Positions 61,101 to 64,000 of a stretch of DNA of 64,000 bases are shown one piece after another. The stretch lies in the NCBI GenBank assembly GCA_964016885.1, contig OZ024740.1, forward strand, positions 228,284,001-228,348,000, read 5' to 3'. The first letter of the stretch is position 1. Every line of letters begins with the position of its first letter. The notes under the pieces were generated by a model. It did not search any database. It was not told the DNA's origin and saw only the letters and a program-made list of their open reading frames with translations. Made by a program: the position numbers and the translations under genes. Origin of the DNA: Eledone cirrhosa (Eukaryota).

Positions 61101-64000
61101 GTTGTTGGAGTTAGTGTTGTTGTTGTTGTTGGAGTTAGTGTTGTTGTTGTTGGAGTTAGTGTTGTTGTTGTTGTTAGAGTTAGTGTTGTTGTTGTTGAAG
61201 TTAGTGTACTTGCTGTCGGAGGTAGTGTTGTTGTTGTTGGAGTTAGTGTTGTTGTTGTTGTTAGAGTTAGTGTTGTTGTTGTTGAAGTTAGTGTTGTTGT
61301 TGTTGGAGTTAGTGTTGTTGTTGTTGGAGTTAGTGTTGTTGTTGTTGGAGTTAGTGTTGTTGTTGTTGGAGTTAGTGTTGTTGTTGTTGGAGTTAGTGTT
61401 GTTGTTGTTGAAGTTAGTGTACTTGCTGTTGGAGGTAGTGTTGTTGTTGTTGGAGTTAGTGTTGTTGTTGCTGTTGGAGTTAGTGTTGTTGTTGCTGGAG
61501 TTAGTGTTGTTGTTGTTGGAGTCAGTGTTGTTGTTGGAGTTAGTGTTGTTGTTGCTGGAGTTAGTGTTGTTGTTGTTGTTGGAGTTAGTGTTGTTGTTGC
61601 TGGAGTTAGTGTTGTTGTTGTTGGAGTTAGTGTTGTTGTTGTTGTTGGAGTTATTGTTGTTGTTGTTGGAGTTAGTGTTGTTGTTGTTGGAGTTAGTGTT
61701 GTTGTTGTTGAAGTTAGTGTACTTGCTGTTGGAGGTAGTGTTGTTGTTGTTGGAGTTAGTGTTGTTGTTGTTGTTGGAGTTAGTGTTGTTGTTGTTGTTG
61801 GAGTTAGTGTTGTTCTTGAAGTTAGTGTACTTGCTGTTGGAGGTAGTGTTGTTGTTGTTGGAGTTAGTGTTGTTGTTGTTGTTGGAGTTAGTGTTGTTGT
61901 TGTTGAAGTTAGTGTACTTGCTGTTGGAGGTAGTGTTGTTGTTGTTGAAGTTAGTGTACTTGCTGTTGGAGGAAGTGTTGTTGTTGTTGGAGTTAGTGTT
62001 GTTGTTGTTGTTGGAGTTAGTGTTGTTGTTGTTGTTAGAGTTAGTGTTGTTGTTGTTGAAGTTAGTGTACTTGCTGTTGGAGGTGGTGTTGTTGTTGTTG
62101 GAGTTAGTGTTGTTGTTGTTGTTAAAGTTAGTGTTGTTGTTGTTGAAGTTAGTGTTGTTGTTGTTGGAGTTAGTGTTGTTGTTGTTGGAGTTAGTGTTGT
62201 TGTTGTTGTTGGAGTTAGTGTTGTTGTTGTTGGAGTTAGTGTTGTTGTTGGACTTAGTGTTGTTGTTGTTGGAGTTAGTGTTGCTGTTGGAGTTAGTGTT
62301 GTTGTTGCTGGAGTTAGTGTTGTTGTTGTTGTTGGAGTTAGTGTTGTTGTTGCTGGAGTTAGTGTTGTTGTTGTTGGAGTTAGTGTTGTTTTTGTTGTTG
62401 GAGTTAGTGTTGTTGTTGTTGGAGTTAGTGTTGTTGTTATTGGAGTTAGTGTTGTTGTTGTTGGAGTTAGTGTTGTTGTTGTTGAAGTTAGTGTACTTGC
62501 TGTTGGAGGTAGTGTTGTTGTTGTTGGAGTTAGTGTTGTTGTTGTTGTTGGAGTTAGTGTTGTTGTTCTTGAAGTTAGTGTACTTGCTGTTGGAGGTAGT
62601 GTTGTTGTTGTTGGAGTTAGTGTTGTTGTTGTTGTTGGAGTTAGTGTTGTTGTTGTTGGAGTTAGTGTTGTTGTTCTTGAAGTTAGTGTACTTGCTGTTG
62701 GAGGTAGTGTTGTTGTTGTTGGAGTTAGTGTTGTTGTTGTTGTTGGAGTTAGTGTTGTTGTTGTTGAAGTTAGTGTACTTGCTGTTGGAGGTAGTGTTGT
62801 TGTTGTTGGAGTTAGTGTTGTTGTTGTTGTTGGAGTTAGTGTTGTTGTTGTTGAAGGTAGTGTACTTGCTGTTGGAGGAAGTGTTGTTGTTGTTGGAGTT
62901 AGTGTTGTTGTTGTTGTTGGAGTTAGTGTTGTTGTTGTTGGAGTTAGTGTTGTTGTTGTTGTTAGAGTTAGTGTTGTTGTTGTTGTTGAAGTTATTGTAC
63001 TTGCTGTTGGAGGTAGTGTTGTTGTTGTTGGAGTTAGTGTTGTTGTTGTTGTTAGAGTTAGTGTTGTTGTTGTTGAAGTTAGTGTTGTTGTTGTTGGAGT
63101 TAGTGTTGTTGTTGTTGGAGTTAGTGTTGTTGTTGTTGTTGGAGTTAGTGTTATTGTTGTTGGAGTTAGTGTTGTTGTTGTTGGACTTAGTGTTGTTGTT
63201 GTTGGAGTTAGTGTTGTTGTTGTTGGAGTTAGTGTTGTTGTTGTTGGAGTTAGTGTTGCTGTTGCTGGAGATAGTGTTGTTGTTGTTGGAGTTAGTGTTG
63301 TTGTTGTTGTTGGAGTTAGTGTTGTTGTTGTTGGAGTTAGTGTTGTTGCTGTTGGAGTTAGTGTTGTTGTTGTTGGAGTTAGTGTTGTTGTTGCTGTTGG
63401 AGTTAGTGTTGTTGTTGCTGGAGTCAGTGTTGTTGTTGTTGGAGTTAGTGTTGTTGTTGTTGGAGTTAGTGTTGTTGTTGCTGGAGTTAGTGTTGTTGTT
63501 GTTGGAGTTAGTGTTGTTGTTGTTGGAGTTAGTGTTGTTGTTGCTGGAGTTAGTCTTGTTGTTGTTGGAGTTAGTGTTGTTGTTGTTGGAGTTAGTCTTG
63601 TTGTTGTTGGAGTTAGTGTTGTTGTTGTTGGAGTTAGTGTTGTTGTTGTTGGAGTTAGTGTTGTTGTTGTTGGAGTTAGTGTTGTTGTTGTTGTTGGAGT
63701 TAGTGTTGTTGTTGTTGGAGTTAGTGTTGTTGTTGTTGTTAGAGTTAGTGTTGTTGTTGTTGAAGTTAGTGTACTTGCTGTCGGAGGTAGTGTTGTTGTT
63801 GTTGGAGTTAGTGTTGTTGTTGTTGTTAGAGTTAGTGTTGTTGTTGTTGAAGTTAGTGTTGTTGTTGTTGGAGTTAGTGTTGTTGTTGTTGGAGTTAGTG
63901 TTGTTGTTGTTGGAGTTAGTGTTGTTGTTGTTGGAGTTAGTGTTGTTGTTGTTGGAGTTAGTGTTGTTGTTGTTGAAGTTAGTGTACTTGCTGTTGGAGG
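40700..64000. repeat. Giant tandem array of GGAGTTAGT(GTT)n units, mostly 21 and 24 bp, with kb-scale higher-order repeats; runs off the window
   Basis: Direct inspection; diagnostic variants recur at about 2.45-kb and 3.8-kb spacing. Confidence 0.98.
54101..64000 (-). CDS. Candidate mucin-like PTS domain: stop-free frame of 3300 codons, open at the window edge
   Basis: ACA ACA ACA ACA CTA ACT CCA = TTTTLTP, with variants such as TTLPPTASTLTS. Register is constant from 64000 to about 54650, then shifts to NNNNTNS and stops at TAA 54103-54101. Confidence 0.4.
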   Translation of the reverse strand, partial: PPTASTLTSTTTTLTPTTTTLTPTTTTLTPTTTTLTPTTTTLTPTTTTLTSTTTTLTLTTTTTLTPTTTTLPPTASTLTSTTTTLTLTTTTTLTPTTTTLTPTTTTTLTPTTTTLTPTTTTLTPTTTTLTPTTTRLTPTTTTLTPTTTRLTPATTTLTPTTTTLTPTTTTLTPATTTLTPTTTTLTPTTTTLTPATTTLTPTATTTLTPTTTTLTPTATTLTPTTTTLTPTTTTTLTPTTTTLSPATATLTPTTTTLTPTTTTLTPTTTTLSPTTTTLTPTTITLTPTTTTTLTPTTTTLTPTTTTLTSTTTTLTLTTTTTLTPTTTTLPPTASTITSTTTTTLTLTTTTTLTPTTTTLTPTTTTTLTPTTTTLPPTASTLPSTTTTLTPTTTTTLTPTTTTLPPTASTLTSTTTTLTPTTTTTLTPTTTTLPPTASTLTSRTTTLTPTTTTLTPTTTTTLTPTTTTLPPTASTLTSRTTTLTPTTTTTLTPTTTTLPPTASTLTSTTTTLTPTTTTLTPITTTLTPTTTTLTPTTKTTLTPTTTTLTPATTTLTPTTTTTLTPATTTLTPTATLTPTTTTLSPTTTLTPTTTTLTPTTTTTLTPTTTTLTPTTTTLTSTTTTLTLTTTTTLTPTTTTPPPTASTLTSTTTTLTLTTTTTLTPTTTTTLTPTTTTLPPTASTLTSTTTTLPPTASTLTSTTTTLTPTTTTTLTPTTTTLPPTASTLTSRTTLTPTTTTTLTPTTTTTLTPTTTTLPPTASTLTSTTTTLTPTTTTLTPTTTTITPTTTTTLTPTTTTLTPATTTLTPTTTTTLTPATTTLTPTTTLTPTTTTLTPATTTLTPTATTTLTPTTTTLPPTASTLTSTTTTLTPTTTTLTPTTTTLTPTTTTLTPTTTTLTPTTTTLTSTTTTLTLTTTTTLTPTTTTLPPTASTLTSTTTTLTLTTTTTLTPTTTTLTPTTTTTLTPTTTTLTPTTTTLTPTTTTLTPTTTRLTPTTTTLTPTTTRLTPATTTLTPTTTTLTPTTTTLTPATTTLTPTTTTLTPTTTTLTPATTTLTPTATTTLTPTTTTLTPTATTLTPTTTTLTPTTTTTLTPTTTTLTPATATLTPTTTTLTPTTTTLTPTTTTLTPTTTTTLTPTTTTLTPTTTTLTPTTTTLTPKTKTLTPTTTTLSPATTTLTPTATTTLTPTTTTLTPTTTTLTPTTTTLTPTTTTTLTPTTTTTLTPTTTTLTPTTTTLTPTTTTLTPTTTTLTPATTTLTPTATTTLTPTTTTLIPTTTTLTPTTTTTLTPTTTTLTPTTTTTLTPTTTTLTPTTTTLTPTTTTLTPTTTTLIPTTTLTPATTTLTPTATTTLTPTTTTLTPTTTTLTPTTTTLTPTTTTTLTPTTTTLTPATTTLTPTTTTLTTTTTTLTPTTTLTPTTTTSLTPATTTLPPTASTLTSRTTTLTPATTTLTPTTTTLTPTTTTLTPTTTTLTPTTTTTLTPTTTTLTPTTTTLTPKTTTLTPTTTTLTPATTTLTPTATTTLTPTTTTLTPTTTTLTPTTTTLTPTTTTLTPTTTTLTPTTTTTLTPTTTTLPPTASTLTSTTTTLTPTTTTLTPTTTTITPTTTTTLTPTTTTLTPATTTLTPTTTTTLTPATTTLTPTTTLTPTTTTLTPATTTLTPTATTTLTPTTTTLPPTASTLTSTTTTLTPTTTTLTPTTTTLTPTTTTLTPTTTTLTPTTTTLTSTTTTLTLTTTTTLTPTTTTLPPTASTLTSTTTTLTLTTTTTLTPTTTTLTPTTTTTLTPTTTTLTPTTTTLTPTTTTLTPTTTRLTPTTTTLTPTTTRLTPATTTLTPTTTTLTPTTTTLTPATTTLTPTTTTLTPTTTTLTPATTTLTPTATTTLTPTTTTLTPTATTLTPTTTTLTPTTTTTLTPTTTTLTPATATLTPTTTTLTPTTTTLTPTTTTLTPTTTTLTPTTTTTLTPTTTTLTPTTTTLTPTTTTLTPKTKTLTPTTTTLSPATTTLTPTATTTLTPTTTTLTPTTTTLTPTTTTLTPTTTTTLTPTTTTTLTPTTTTLTPTTTTLTPTTTTLTPTTTTLTPATTTLTPTATTTLTPTTTTLIPTTTTLTPTTTTTLTPTTTTLTPTTTTTLTPTTTTLTPTTTTLTPTTTTLTPTTTTLIPTTTLTPATTTLTPTATTTLTPTTTTLTPTTTTLTPTTTTLTPTTTTTLTPTTTTLTPATTTLTPTTTTLTTTTTTLTPTTTLTPTTTTSLTPATTTLPPTASTLTSRTTTLTPATTTLTPTTTTLTPTTTTLTPTTTTLTPTTTTTLTPTTTTLTPTTTTLTPKTTTLTPATTTLTPTATTTLTPTTTTLTPTTTTLTPTTTTLTPTTTTLTPTTTTLTPTTTTTLTPTTTTTLTPTTTTLTPTTTTLTPTTTTLTPTTTTLTPATTTLTPTATTTLTPTTTTLIPTTTTLTPTTTTTLTPTTTTLTPTTTTTLTPTTTTLTPTTTTLTPTTTTLTPTTTTLIPTTTTLTPATTTLTPTATTTLTPTTTTLTPTTTTLTPTTTTLTPTTTTTLTPTTTTLTPATTTLTPTTTTLTTTTTTLTPTTTTLTPTTTTTLTPTTTTLTPITTTTLTPTTTTLTPTTTTLTPTTTTTLTPTTTTLTPATTTLTPTATTTLTPTTTTLTPTTTTLTPTTTTLTPTTTTTLTPTTTTLTPATTTLTPTTTTLTPTTTTLTPTTTSLTPTTTTTLTPTTTTLTPTTTTLTPTTTTTLTPTTTTLTPTTTTLTPTTTTTLTPTTTTLTPATTKLTPTTTTLTPTTTTLTPTTTTLTPTTTTTLTPTITTLTPTTTTLTPTTTTLTPTTTTLTPTTTTLTPATTTLTPTATTTLTPTTTTLTPTTTTLTPTTTTLNPTTTTTLTPTTTTLTPTTTTTLTPTTTTTTLSPTTTTLTPTTTTTLTPTTTTTLTPTTTTLTPTTTTTLTPTTTTLTPTTTTLTPTTTTTLTPTTTTLTPATTPTLTPTTTPTLTPTTTTTLTPTTTTLTPTTTTTLTPTITTTLTPTTTTLTPTTTTTLTPTTTTLTPTTTTLTPTTTTLTPATTPTLTPTTTPTLTPTTTTTLTPKTTTTLTPTTTTLTPTTTTLTPKTTTLTPTKNTNSNNIYNTNSNNNNTNSNNNNTNSNNNNTNSNNNNTNSNNNNTNSSNNNTNSNSNNNTNSNNNNTNSNNNNTNSNNNNNTNSNNNNTNSNNNNNTNSNNNNTNSNNNNTNSNNNNTNSNNNNTNSNNNNTNSNNNNNTNSKNNNTNSNNNNTNSNNNNTNSSNNNTNPNNNNTNSNKKH

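Noticed and set aside
40700-64000. Telomeric or telomere-variant repeat
   Set aside because: Contains TTAG but no TTAGGG or TTAGG tandem units.

Overview
Eukaryotic, extremely repeat-rich genomic DNA; the SINE families and microsatellite density suggest an octopus-like cephalopod (inference). No conventional multi-exon protein-coding gene could be supported, and almost all ORFs in the track are by-products of micro/minisatellites. Bases 1-22.5 kb hold TA/CA/GA/GAA microsatellites interleaved with SINEs, RTE-LINE fragments, a non-autonomous Helitron and several Penelope-like element (PLE) remnants. These include a GIY-YIG/zinc-finger C-terminal fragment and type I hammerhead ribozyme folds, two of them forming a perfect 118-bp palindrome. 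Bases 22.5-39 kb hold GGT-derived minisatellites, a hAT MITE, nested SINEs and foldback inversions. From 39.5 kb to the window end is a >24-kb GTT-based array whose minus strand reads as a mucin-like (TTTTLTP)n frame that the ORF track misses. It is broken only by 14 single-base indels, 13 of them at the same T6 homopolymer variant.
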